A stretch of 63,384 bases of DNA, the filler included, from Reclinomonas americana ATCC 50394 (lineage: Eukaryota): assembly GCA_048213135.1 (NCBI GenBank). It is 3 parts of 3 records of this genome, joined end to end, with 100 filler letters (N's around TTAATTAATTAA, not from the genome) between each part and the next. Parts side by side here need not be neighbours in the genome. Positions count along the whole stretch, not along the records: positions 27,936 to 56,468 come from PS015178.1; positions 56,569 to 63,384 come from PS015179.1; 1 more part is not named here. One strand, 5' to 3'. A program made the position numbers and the translations under genes. Positions 51,088 to 63,384 of this stretch are shown in pieces. The notes under the pieces are model-generated. The model saw nothing but the letters and a program-made list of their open reading frames with translations, was not told the DNA's origin and made no database searches. Position 1 is the stretch's first letter, and each line of letters begins with the position of its first letter.

Positions 51088-51489
51088 TCTTCCTCTCTTC
51101 CTCTCTCCAGTGAGTCACGCAACGCTACTTGGCCAACGGCGAACTTGCGCGCGTGGTCCACTTGCGGTCGCGCACTCAACATCACACCGCGGAATTGCTC
51201 TAAGAGAGAGAACAAGAGAGAGAACAAGAGAGAAACAGAGAGAGATAAACGTCAGTCATGACACTCTCTCTCAAACACAGAGGAGAGACAGCACCATCTC
51301 GGCCTCCGCCTGCGCCGCTTCCGCCTCCGCCTCCGCTGTAGTGTGCGCCAGCAGGTCGCTCAGAGATGAGAAGTTCTTGCATTTCCTCTGCGCGTGCTCT
51401 TTCAACTGCAATCACAATTGATTGGTTGGTATGGGCTGTGGAATCGCCCAACAGTGGCGTGTGTCGAGGTCGACGATGAGCGCGCGCAA
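48929..51489 (-). CDS. Coiled-coil protein of unknown function; 5' end uncertain
   Basis: In-phase exons: HRKYLKEL, KPAWAMT, DLVEFAKGLDYDKFIADLEV, MRQVHSKASV, ending VQNLPYLYRCPAI*. Confidence 0.7.
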
Positions 51490-51867
51490 CTACAGCGCAC
51501 TGTGAGTGAGAGAGTAGAGTGTGTGTGTGAGAGAGAGGGAGAGAGACGCAAAGAAGGAAAAGTGTGAGAAGAGAGAGAGATGAAAGTGTTTGAGGAAGTG
51601 AGAGAGAGAGAGTGTGTGTGTGTGTCTGTGTCTGTGTCTGTGTGTGAGAGAGCGAGCGCGAGAGCGATTGCGAGTGAAGAGCGCGTTCAAGTGCGAAGAG
51701 TGCGATCGGTCACTGTTTGAGTCTTTCTCTCTCCTCTCTGTCATTGTCTTTCTCTCTCTGTGTGTCTCTCTCTCTCGTCTTCTTGCCTCTTCGCTTATGA
51801 GTGTGTATTCGATCGGCAGTTGTCTCTTGTCGCACTGATCGATGCTTATTTTGACTCGTCTGCTTAG

Positions 51868-54800
51868 GCACCTGACGAAGAAGCAGGTCAGTGCTGCTTC
51901 TGCTGCGGTCGCTCACGTGCCCAGTGGTGGAGGAGGAGCAGTTGCGCTTCTGACTGTGCGCGGTTGTCTCTTTGTTTCACTCTAACTTCTGTGCTCAGTC
52001 TGCGAGGACCGTGTCGGCCGCACCGATGCCTTCACCGTCGTTTGCGGTGGCGCCTGCACGCGATCCGGAGGAGATGGAGCGACGGCTGAAGCAGATTCGA
52101 CGGGAGAATCGCATGCGTATGAAGAAACAGGTGGAGCAGCAGCGGAAAGACGAGGAGGCGGCGGAGACGAAACGACAGGTGTGGCGCACAGGGGTGCTGA
52201 CTGGATCGTTGGTGATTGATGTTGAAAAGGACTGTCTCACAGCACATCCTCGAGGAACGGCGACGCAAGTTGTTGGCGCAGCGTGAGGAGGCCAGGAAAG
52301 CTGTGCAGGCGGGGAATGCGACGAGCAATCTGGTGTTGTTGCGCATGCATCGGTTTCCGCACGAGACTGACGACGGTGGCGACGTGGCGGTGCCGGTAAG
52401 AGGTCGCTCGGCGAGTGATGACGGTTATGGTGATGATGATGATGATGATGGAGCGGCGTCGTTTGATGGAGCTGGCGTGGGGCCGAGCAGTGGGTCGGGA
52501 CTGGCGGCGGCTCGGCAGAGATTAGAGATGCGCAAGTCGCGCGAGTTGTTGGACTCGTTAGATCTGTCGTCGTCGCTCACCAACTCCATGTCGGAGTTCC
52601 TGGTGGCTGAGCGGCTAGCCGGGCAAATGACGCGCACGGCCGACAAGGAAGCGCTGTCGCTCAGTCCGAAGAACACGACACCGTCACGAAATCGAAGTGG
52701 TACGTGGTGTGATGATGATTGCAGAGGGAAGTTGCTGATCATTTTTCGCCTGCTGCTGCAGTGTCGCCGGCGGCTGGCCGTGCACGACAGGGAACCTTGG
52801 TGCCAGCCGTGGCACCGGGTCTGAGACCACTGCTGGTGTTGGATCCCTCCAAGCGAGTGAGGTCTTTCTCATCTGCCTGTGCGCGCGTTGGTGTGCCTTA
52901 TTGCTCATTCACTGGCGACATTTTGCAGGGATCCGAGTCGGCGCGTGCATTTTTCTGATACCGAAGATGACGATGCCGATGACGACGATGATGATGAGGA
53001 CAGTGACGATGGAGGAGGTGCTCGGGGTGTGCCACCACCTGTGCGTGCAGTGACACCCACCACGGGGGCCGATAGAAGAGGACGTGGCCCTGTACGGGGA
53101 GTTGGTGTTGTTGCTGCTGCTGGTGCTCCTGCTGCTGCAAGTGGTGCAGAAGGGCCGCAAGGCAAACCACCTCAGGGACGAAGTCGATTCGTTGCGCACT
53201 CGTCCCATCCGTCACAGATAAAAGAAGAGTCATTGCGCTGATGTGTGCTGGTTGTTGTGCAGGCGACTCTGTCTGTGGAGGAACGGAGATTACTGGCCAG
53301 CTTGGCGCGTCTGGATGCCATGTTGGACACGAAGCGAAGGACGGGTCTCATTGGTAGGCTTTTCGCTGCTTGTGTCGATCAAATGGATGTGCATTCTCAC
53401 CGCCGCACCCGGACAGCGTGTGTCACCGAAGCAGAAGCGGCGGCGGCAGCAGCAGCGTCAGGGGAAGAGGGCGATGGTGATGCAGAAAGGCCAGCCGGTC
53501 CACGGAGGAGGCGACCTGTGGTTGTTGATGGCACCATTCGCCTCTTGCCTGTCACTGGTGGTACCGTGAGTGGTGCAAGTGCAGGTGGTCCGTCGGCGGC
53601 GACTGCCACGGCCACGCGGCCACTGGCGAAAAAGAAACGTGTGATTGCAGGACGAGGTAATGTCGCTACGCGCAATGCTGTGTGTGAGACGAGTGCCTGA
53701 CGGAATACGCGCGTGCAGCGGTGTATGGTGGTGCCCCGGGAGCAGTGGCTGTTCCTGACGCTGTGGACGACGAACCGAGCAAGTACTCGCCCAAGATGGT
53801 TCCTCGCGACTGGATGCCGCAAGAGAAACCACGAGCTGTGGCGCCACCACCGCCACCACCATCAATACCGCAGCCACAGGTGGTAGAACGGCACATGGAG
53901 CCACGCGAGATGGCTGTGACGCCTCCAACACGGACGCGACAGGCCAATCAGGTGTTTGGAGCGCTGGCTGTGGTGCGCCTCTATTGTGAATGTTGTGTCA
54001 GCGGCGTGCGTGTGTGAAGCTGATTGTCTGTGGCAGGACATGAAAATGGGAGTGGGTATGGGCACCTTGGGGGCGACACCAACAATGGTACAGCATCATC
54101 CAGTCGGTCTCCCGATGTCGAGTGTACACAATTCTCAACTTGTTTTGTGTGCACAGGAGCGAAGAGTTGGGGGCGGTACGAACGGACTGGCTATTGTGGT
54201 GTGTGTTGGCAATTGCATGCTTCACTTGCATCGACTTTGTCTCACTCTCGTTGTGCAGGATGAGAGGAGGGCGGCCGGTGCTGGAGTCGCCATGGTGTGT
54301 GTTGAACTGCCTGCTTGATTTGTGTGCGTGTATCAGTGCTCACTCCATCGCGCAGGATGGGAGAAACGGAGGCGGAATGGGAGCGACGGCTGTGATGGTG
54401 AGTGACAGCCGCTGGGACTCTCTCTCTTCTGCGCAACCATTCCCGCCCACACAGTGCCTCGCAGACTCGACCACCATTACAATCACGACCACCCATGACC
54501 GGTGCATTCACAGCTGGAGATGCGCAGGTTCGTATGATCTCTCTTTCCATCACTCGTGGTGTCACAACTGATCCCTCTGTCTGCAGCCGCAGGTGGTGTC
54601 GAGACCAGTACACGAAACATCAGTGCGTTTGGAGTGCGGCGATTGTTAATTAACACTTTCCCGTGAGCTCATCGCATGCCTCACGCAGGTACGATCGAGA
54701 GATCCGTCGCCCCGCACAAAGCTGCAGGCACCATCGCCATCTGCGACCGTGACCAGTACAGTTGCGTCCGATTGCATGCCAGTGTGTGAGTAACAGGCAG

Positions 54801-55359
54801 GGTCTCACCCGGTGCATGCTAGGTTCCGACGCTGCCACCAGTCGGGCGTCCCACGTCGCGTGATCCGTCGCCGATGCAGCAACTGAGAGTTGTGTGGGGT
54901 GACGACATGATGATGACGTGATTCCTTCGCTCACCCGATGCGTACAGCCTGTGGCGGAGCATTCACGTGCCGCCAATCCTCCCCGAGCACGGGAACCATC
55001 ACCCTCGAACCAGCAGCGAGCGGCAGCGGTGCGTACACGCCACATAGCTTCGTGAGAGCAGCAGGTGTGTGTGCTCATTGTAGAGGGTGCAGCCGTCCAT
55101 GATTCCACGGCCACTGCCTGTGCGCACCACCAGTTATGTGGTGAACCGACAGGCCGCGCCGCCGCGAATGCGCGTCCTCAGTGCCGAGAGTCAGCGACAC
55201 GAAGCGTCACTGACGGGCGGTGGTGGCGGAGCAGCACCGGCGGCGCCAGCCGCAGCACCGGCCCGATTGCGCGAGAGCTCCGACTCGCAAGTGTCGTCCG
55301 TGGAAGACGAATCCGATCGCATCGTGCAGACCTCGCACACCTACTTGTTATTCCAATGA
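51868..55359 (+). CDS. Large low-complexity/coiled-coil protein of unknown function; start and some exons uncertain
   Basis: Chain of GT-AG bounded exons (EEMERRLKQIRRENRMRMKKQ; LSVEERRLLASLARLDAML; Pro-rich region) ending HTYLLFQ*. Confidence 0.6.
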
Positions 55360-55519
55360 TACATATGTTACTTGTTACGAATGTGTGTTGTTCATCTTCA
55401 TTTCGCCCGGCGCGGGGGAAGGGCAGAGGGGCACTCACACCACCACCCCCCAACAAAAGCATATCGCGGCACTATACATACAATAACAGCAACTGAGAAG
55501 GAAAAATGGTGTGGAGCGC

Positions 55520-56906
55520 TCAGTCGTCCTGGCGCTTGTGAATCCACTTGGTGGTTTCCGACACAATGCCGGGATTGGAGAAACCGGTGGGAATGCTTTG
55601 CGTGCCGCCAAAGTGCCGCTGATTGCTGGTGATGAAGCGGGTGGAGTCCGATCGACTGCCGTCCTTGATGCTGCGAAGGGGGAGGCAAGGGTAAGGGAAG
55701 GGGAAGGGAGGAGAAGGGGGAGGGAAGGGGAAGGGGAATGGAGGAGAAGGGGAAGGGGAGGGGAAGGTAAAGGGTGAGCTGCGTGAGGAACGAAGAGCAG
55801 ATGGAGGGAGGAGAGGAAATCTCAGTCACACGGGAATGAGTGTGCAGCGGCAGAGCGACGAACCCCTATACAGAGAGGGGGTAAAGTACGAGGAGCGAGA
55901 AGCGAGAGAGGGAGCAGAATGTACGCGACAAGGAGGAGGTGAACTTTCTGTTGTGGAGGACAGCGTGCAGAGTGAGCAACAGAGAGACGGAAACTGAGCC
56001 GCAATTGAGAGACGATGCAACGGCAAGGACAGAAAACGAAGTACGACAAGGAGACGCTGCTGCGGAGGACAGCGTGCCAAGTGAGCAACAGAGAGACAAG
56101 GACGATGAAACAGAAGTACAATGACTGAGACGGCAGCACGGCAATGAGAGATGAAAGGCCTCGTGACGAGAGCGGTGCGGCTTCGACCTGAGTGAAAACA
56201 TAGCAGCAGAACAGTCCCTTTCCTCGTTCCCTCTCTCTCTCTCTCGTCACTCAACTTGAATTGCGTGACATTCCGTGGCTGACAGAAGCGCTCTCCGGCC
56301 TTGGCCTCGTTGGGGAACTTGACGGGCAAGCGCGAGCGGATGGCGTTGGGTGAGTACGGCACCAGGTGCTTCTCCGACGGATCGATTTGTGGCGAGGCGT
56401 AAGCTGGAGGCGAAAAGAGAGAGAGAGAGGAGACGTGAGAGGGACGCAGAGGGGAAAGAGGAAGGGAGNNNNNNNNNNNNNNNNNNNNNNNNNNNNNNNN
56501 NNNNNNNNNNNNTTAATTAATTAANNNNNNNNNNNNNNNNNNNNNNNNNNNNNNNNNNNNNNNNNNNNGAGAGAGAGAGAGACGCAAGCAATCAAAGGCA
56601 CTGACGCAATCGCACACACAGAGATGCAGTGAGAAAGGCACAATGAGCGCAACTCTTCTTGTTAGTGGTCTCCGACTCGAGCTTTGCAGTGGGCGTCACT
56701 GAAAGAGAGAGAGAGGCAGGCACGCGTGTTAATTAATCAATAGTACAACACTCCTTCTCAGTCTTCTCTCTCTTCTTCTCTCTCTCTCTCTTTCTATTAC
56801 GCTCACCATGCTTGGGCACTGGGTGTGAGACCGCAAACACCTCGCCATTGCGACGAATCACTCCGCGAGAGCTCGTCGTTGTCTTGGAGGTCTCTGCCTT
56901 GCTCAT
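55520..56906 (-). CDS. Small 4-exon protein of unknown function, possibly axonemal; spans the linker gap
   Basis: MSKAETSK...PKH|VTPTAKLESETTNKK|TYASPQ...PYSPNAIRSRLP...QF|NIKDG...NPGIVSETTKWIHKRQDD*; exon phases match across the gap at 56469-56568. Confidence 0.7.
56513..56524. other. Artificial six-frame-stop linker TTAATTAATTAA inside a 100-nt gap
   Basis: Same structure as 27880-27891. Confidence 0.95.
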
Positions 56907-57342
56907 TCTTTCCACTGCACACACACACACACACACACAGACAAGTGAGCACACACACACACACACACACACGCACTCACTCTCAATCACAACTCGTGCT
57001 GCACACCTTTCTCCGCGAGTTTATGAGTTGCGAAAAACGGCTGCTTCCGATTGGTTCACATGGAACGGTCAATTTCCTTCACTCTCAATGAGACGACTAC
57101 TTTGTAAAGGCAAGACGGAAGGAAGATGCGAAAATGGAGAAAAAAAGAGGAAGATACAGAGAGAGCACGAGAGAAGACAGGTGCTTCTCTCTCTTTTGTG
57201 GGTTGGTTGTTGGTGGTTTGATCACTGATCGACTTCGCGCGTCACTCGTGATTGGCCCTGGTCTCGTCGGAAGGTCAGCGTCTCGGCTGGCGCCTCCACG
57301 CGACGCGTTCGTGGTGAGGTGGGTCGACCCTGCAGCACACGA

Positions 57343-60300
57343 TCAGCGACTCTTCACGACATACAAGGCGCGTGAGAGCGCAACTGCAGCAGCGGCGGCG
57401 GCGTCTTGCGCTTCGGTGGTGACTGGCGGTGATCGGAACGGCGATGCACCGAGACGGAAGAGTGTGCTGGTGCCGCGCAGCACGAGTGCACGCACGCACT
57501 GCTTGATGTCTTCCTTGGTGAAGCGCGAGTGCGAGCTGTTGCCCAGCAGCTGGCGCATGCGTGCTGTTGAGTCGTCGAGGTCCCTCTCCACATCCTCGGC
57601 CGTCACCGACTGGCCGTGATTCCGTCGCAAATGGCGCACAAAGTGTCGCAGCTCATCGCGCTCCAAATACATGTTCTCTGCGAGATGGCAACAGCGTCAG
57701 CCGCCATCGTCAACCCCAGCATACGCGAGCGGGCACGAAACTGTTGATATCGTACACGTCGAAAATGTAATTCAGTCTCCTGTCGCCCGTGATCTCGTCG
57801 ACCGCGTGCTCCGTCATCGGATCCATCGCCACCAAGCCGAGCAGGAACTCGCCGAAGCGAATGCGATTGGTGGCCAGCACATCGAATGCAGAAAAGTACT
57901 GCACGGAGTCAGTGAGCAACGATGGAAAGATCATCTGTACCATCAACCACCACAGCTGCGCAGACCTGTCGGCAGTACTTGGACTGCAGTCCGAGAGGAA
58001 CCATGGTGGCCGTGAAACCCTGCAGGTCCATGGTTGGCTCCTGACCAGGCACCACTTGCACGCCGCGCATAAATAGTGCGCGAGCCTGATGACACAACGG
58101 ATGAGCTCCGCACAGGCAACACGACATATTCGCTCACAAGTGCACACACACACCTCGTCAATGCGCGCCACAGTCGTGCCCGCAGCTGCCAGGAACTGCA
58201 AATTCTCCTCCATCGACTCGGGCGGGAAGCCAACTGCGCTCACCGCGTCGAACAATTCTTGCTCTTGAGGCGTGCGCGATCCCATCGGGTGACTGCGTGC
58301 ACACAGTCGCGGTGAATTCCAGGCAATATCAAGAAGCTGTGACGCACAATGTACACACCTGCCCGGAGCGTCAACGCTCATTGGCACAACTGTGCTCCGG
58401 CCCTGCATCACAAAAACAACAACAAGTGAGTCTGGCGACGATCCCATTCCCCGAAACAACACCCAACGCAACGGCTCCCTTCATCGACGCCATGGCTACC
58501 GGCTCGTCTGGCTCCGCCATGCGGCCACGCGGTGGGGTTGGCGGTCGCTTGTTTGACGCCTCCGACCACAGTGCCTGAGCAACTTCGAACGGCTTGGCGC
58601 GAATGACTTTTTGTCGGACCTGTGGTCGCGAGAGGGTGCGTGAGATGAGGAATGGATGTGGAAGTGACGCAATCACTCCCTCACCTTAATATCACGTCCG
58701 TGCGATTCCAGTGACACCTCACAGATTGCGCCGTCATTGTCGTACTTGCCGCAGTAGTTTGTCGCCGAGAAAATTGTGATCAAGTGACCATCGGCAAAGA
58801 ACTCGTAGCCACCTTTCGGAAAGATCAGCAACTCACCAAACACTCACGAGAAACACCAATCGAGCACTGACCATCAACGCATTCGTGTGCACGCAGGATA
58901 ATGTCAAGGTCGTTGCTCTGGCAGAACGCCTTGACACGATCGGGGCTGCGCACACAACATGTCAGCAAACAGGAAGATGGCGAGAAACAGAGGTCGAGTA
59001 AACCAACCCGAATGCGACAATGTTTTCGCCTCGATTGTTGGGATGCACGCCGAGGACGCGATCGTGCTCTGTGCACATGCGAATGAGCGAAACCCCAGAG
59101 TGGATACATGTGGATGAAGGAACGCACGGGTCGGATCACTCCACAGCGCATCCATGACGATCCGATCGTGCTCGGTGGCGATTGTGTCGGGAACATGCAC
59201 CGGTTTTTGGATGGCCTGCAGCTGGGAGATGAGGTTGATGGACGAGCCAATGCCGCCATGAATGCACAGGATGCGATCCTCGAGTCTGACAGCGAGTGAG
59301 TCTCACAAGTGCGCTGACTATCGACTCTCTTCCAGGCACACAGACCTGCACGCCAGAGGGAGGAAATCAAAGGCATCGTTGATGGCTTCCCACGCACGAT
59401 GCCCGTCGTCCTCGCCAAGTCTTTCCAGGCACTCGTCGCGGAAACCAAACTCCTCGTTCAGGTAGCGATCCTCGTGGTTGCCGCGGACCAAGCAAATGCG
59501 CTCCTGGTAGCGCAGCTTGAGCGAGAAGAGCAGCGACACGACCTCCAGCGAGTAGCGCCCTCGGTCGACAAAGTCGCCGATAAACACATAGTTGACAAAG
59601 CGAATGTCGCCAGTGCGGTGATTGGGCGAGCCGTAGGTTTGGAAAAACTCCAGCAGATCCAAAAACTGACCGTGGATGTCGCCAAACACCTGCCCGGACA
59701 ATGGGAGAGCAAAGTGAGGAGAGAGCGTGAAGATGTCTGCTGAGTGAGTGTGAACAAGACCTTGGCCGGTGCGGGCATTTCGTACACAGTTGGCTCGGTG
59801 CGCAGCATCGCTTGCACCTCCTCGGCCAGGGTCACCAATTCGGTGGCGTTGATCACATCAAAGAACCGATCCTCCGGCTCCTTCCATCGCTCGAACAGCA
59901 GCTGATCAATGACGGCTTCGGCGATACTCATGCCTGTATAAAATGATACAGGTGAGGAAGCAGGCGACCTCGCACGGGGGGAAAGAAATGGAACGCACCA
60001 GTCGGGCCAGTCGGGTTGCCGGCACCGGTGGGCGTGCTGATCAGCGACGGGGCGATTTCCGACACGCGGTTGAACACGGCACCGTCGTGCAATCGCAGCC
60101 GCACTTGTCCGTCCTTGGCCATGACGACCTGCAAGCGAGGAGTGAGAAGAACAGATAAAGACAAACACTCTCTTTTCCCGAGAGAGAGAGAGAGAAGAGA
60201 TGCTCGTGTCGCGCGCCGCACCTTGGGGAACAACTGTACACGACGGCCGGTCTTGTCGACAGCTCCGCGCTCCAGCGAGCGACGCATGCTCGTCATGGCC

Positions 60301-62399
60301 TCCATAGGCGACGGCGGACCGTGCCGTGCGGCATCGGCGGGTGGCGCACTGGCAGACGCACTGCCGGGGCCGGTGGGCGACGTGACGAGATCGCGCATGG
60401 ACGACGGCAGACGGAAGAGCGACGAGGTGCCGGGGAACTTCAGGCTGCGCACGGCCTTCTTGAACTGCTCCACGTCGTAGGTGCCGTCGGGGCTGCTCGA
60501 CGAGGCCACGGCGGTGCGGGCCTCCGAGGCCACCACCTTCGGAGAGGTCTCCTCACCACGCGCACGACGAATGTGACGAATGAGGTTGACGAGTTCCTCA
60601 AACTCCAGCTTGCCGTCGCCCTGCGGTGGGGTGTAAGAGAGACGGGAGAAGAGAGGCAAAGAGGGATGTGCCGCAACATTGATGTCGTAGACTTTGAAAA
60701 TGTACTCGATGCGCGCATCGCTCATGTCCTCGTCGCTGTGCTCGGCAGTTGCGGGGTCGAGGGCGCACAGACCTGATTCGAGGGGATGAGAATGAGGGGT
60801 GGGAAGGGAGGGAAGGGAGGGAGGAGACAAGGATGGACGCACCGAGCAGGAACTCTCGAGCGTCGATGGCACTGCGCGGAGGTGAACAAGCGGGTGTTAG
60901 CGAAAGGGAGAAAGGGATGGGGGGCGATTGTCACACAAGGAGCGATGCGAGCGAGATGGAGCGATGCGCGTGTATCAAGTGTGTGTGGGCGTGAGAGAGA
61001 GAGAGAAAGAAGGAGGAGTGAGCGCTTGCTGCTGCGAGCGAGATGGAGCGATGTGCGCGTATCAGGTGTGTGTGGGCGTGAGAGAGAGAGAGAGAGAGAA
61101 AGAAGGAGGAGTGAGCGCTTGCTGCTGCGAGTCGATGAGAGACACAGCAATGTGCGTGTACCAAGTGTGTGTGTGGGCGTGAAAGAAAGAGAGAGAAAGA
61201 GAGAGGAAGAAGGAGGAGTGAGCGCTTGTTGTTGCGAGACGTTGAGAGACACAGCAATGTGCGTGTATCAACTGTGTGTGTGCGTGAGAGAAAGAGAGAG
61301 AGAGAGAAGAGAGAGAAAGAGAGAGAGAGAAGGAAGAGGAGGCGAGGAGGAGGAGCGAGCGTGCAATACAATGATCCTCTGGCGAACCGATAGGAGGCAC
61401 ATCGCTGTACGTGTGTTGGTGTGAGAGAGAAAGAGTGAGGAAGAGGGAGATGAAGAGAGTGAGCGCTTGTTGTGCAATCGATGAGAGAGACATACACGAG
61501 GCGGAATGGTGTTGGTGTGAGAGAGAAAGAGTGAGAAAGAGGGAGTGAGCGCTTTTTGTACAATCCATGAGAGACATAACGATGCGTGCATCAAGTGCGC
61601 GTGAGCGTGAGATGGAGAATAGAGAAGGAGTGAGCGCTTGTTGTACAAGTATGCTCTGGCAGCACGATGAGAGACATACTATCACGTGGGATGTGTAGAC
61701 TTGAATGTCAGTGGGTGTGTGACAGAGAAGAGAAGAAGAGTAAGCGAGAGAGAGAGAGACAAGGAAAGAAAAGGAGAGGGGTGAAGGAGAACAAGCCAGG
61801 ATACCAGCAGGCAGAATGTGTGAATGTGCGTGAAGAGACAAGCGAGAGCGACCAAGTTGCATTGAAGCAACTCAATCACTCTCTCCCACTTCCCTCTCAT
61901 TCTCACGCCTTCACAACTCACCCACTGTTGTCCTTGTCAAACGCCGCAAAGTACTACGCACACACAAACAAGCACAAAAGAAACAAACAAACAGGTCAGC
62001 CGCATGCGCACATAACAACAATTGAACTCAAATGACACAGAGAGAAGGCGACGACTCAACTCGACGACAATAGGTGCTGGGCACACCCCAACTCGTCATG
62101 AGACGCGTGAACTGTTCCAGAGTCATTTGTGGGGAGCCCCCGCAAAACTCTTGAAACACGCTGTGAACACACACACAAGCACAAGCACACAGACAGACAA
62201 AGAGTGAGTTCAGCAGACGACCATCACATCCGCGTGCGAGAGAGAGTGAGAGCAGGGAGACAAGAGCGTGCGTGTGTGTGTGGACATGGTGTGATCGAGA
62301 GATGGCGCGCACACCGTTGTGTGAACTCGAGTTGCTTGACATCGAGTGCGGTGGGGTCGGTGTCGGCCAGACTGGGGTCGCTGCCACTGCCCGATGCCA
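57343..62399 (-). CDS. PPP-family Ser/Thr phosphatase with EF-hand modules on both sides of the catalytic domain (EFPP/PPKL-related)
   Basis: [43 protein letters not shown]-hands FDKDNSGAIDAREF and [14 protein letters not shown]. Confidence 0.9.
60950..61680. repeat. Intronic ~90-120-bp degenerate tandem repeat in the phosphatase gene
   Basis: gagtgagcgctt at ~61017, 61109, 61216, 61457, 61543 and 61629, separated by GA/GT tracts. Confidence 0.8.
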
Positions 62400-63384
62400 T
62401 CTCGTTATCGTGCGTGTGTGTGTGCGTGACAAGTGAGTGGGGAAATTTCGCGTTCCCGCCGAATTCGCGCAAGTGTGCTCTGCACGCAGCGTGTGTGTGT
62501 GCGTGTGTGCGTGTGATTGGTGTGGCAAACGGTAGACAGTAGCACGGTGGTTTATAAGCGCAGCGATTTCGAATTGAGCAATTGCCAATGTTGCAAAGAT
62601 GCGATGGCGTTGCATGCTTGGAGGAAGGGCAGCCGGCCTCCGCTGCATCCACGGTCCGGATCCGCTTGTACTTGACCGGAACAGCGTTCTGCTCGTTGCA
62701 GCACAATGGCCTCGGGTTGCAATGAAGCTGGCGCTGTTCAATTTGGTTTCGCATTGCTGGTTTCGAGTGCACGGTGAATGTTTGGCCAGCATGCTGTGGG
62801 GCAAGCGCAACATTAACTGCGTAACTCGCCAGCTGCACTGCTCCCGGGCGGCCACCGCAAGCCGAAGTCAAGAACGCTGCATGAAAGTTGGAATTTCCAA
62901 ATCGAATTCGAAACCACCGCAAGCGCTGCGGCGATAAAGCAGGCTTGTGCTCGACCCCACGTCACACTTCTGTGTCTCCTGATGGTCCTGCACGTGGCTT
63001 GGTGCCAGCAGCAGCACGGACCCATGGCCAGCATTCAAAATCCAACTCGATCACTTTTCATTCCCCCCGCCTGCAGTCGATCCCCCGCGCGCACACCACT
63101 GCGCCCCTCAGAACGCCCACGGCCAGAGAGGCACCACTCGCCACGCTTTGCAAAACCCATTTTCCCGCGCAAAAATCTCTCGAATCAACCAAACGGACCA
63201 CTTTATCGTACCTCTCCAACGCACACGCACTCACACGTGTGCGCACATTTTTCTTCGCGCAACTCGCCAACCCTGCCAACCACGTTGCGTTGCTCTCCCT
63301 GTGTGGAAGGAAAAAAACAAACACAAAAGACAAAGCACTCGCCCACACACGTTTGTCTCACACTGTCGCGGCCAACAGCAACAC

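Noticed and set aside
1-63384. Alternative genetic code or non-spliceosomal introns
   Set aside because: TAA, TAG and TGA all end reconstructed genes, and the junctions checked resolve as GT-AG (one GC-AG).
62550-63384. Short ORFs upstream of the phosphatase gene
   Set aside because: No motif, splice chain or codon pattern supports coding; probably promoter or intergenic sequence.

Overview
Eukaryotic nuclear DNA from a gapped draft scaffold of an intron-rich, gene-dense organism, probably a flagellated protist (taxon not determinable from sequence alone). It uses the standard genetic code and mostly ~55-100 nt GT-AG introns. Splicing exons by hand gives about 20 protein genes: eIF1A, an FHA/coiled-coil protein, CIA2/FAM96, a KIF28/KLP6-type kinesin-3, a DOPA 4,5-dioxygenase-family protein, a UBL-kinase-HECT protein, PrpD (3' part), FAM98, a 29-exon calpain, an OMA1-like M48 peptidase, a dual-specificity phosphatase, a secreted acidic protein, a BTB-BACK-SPRY protein, a multi-histone-fold protein, an EF-hand PPP phosphatase and several unknowns. 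Three observations stand out. (1) One spliced gene encodes an acidic tract followed by tandem divergent H4-like, H3-like and second H3-like histone folds. (2) About 30 introns use a +1-shifted donor, GTTGCG/GTTGAG, almost only when the exon does not end in G. (3) The kinase-HECT fusion has lost the catalytic residues of both enzyme domains. Assembly artefacts are also visible: two inverted mini-contigs inside the kinesin gene and two TTAATTAATTAA linkers in gaps. All family calls come from motif recognition; no database search was run.
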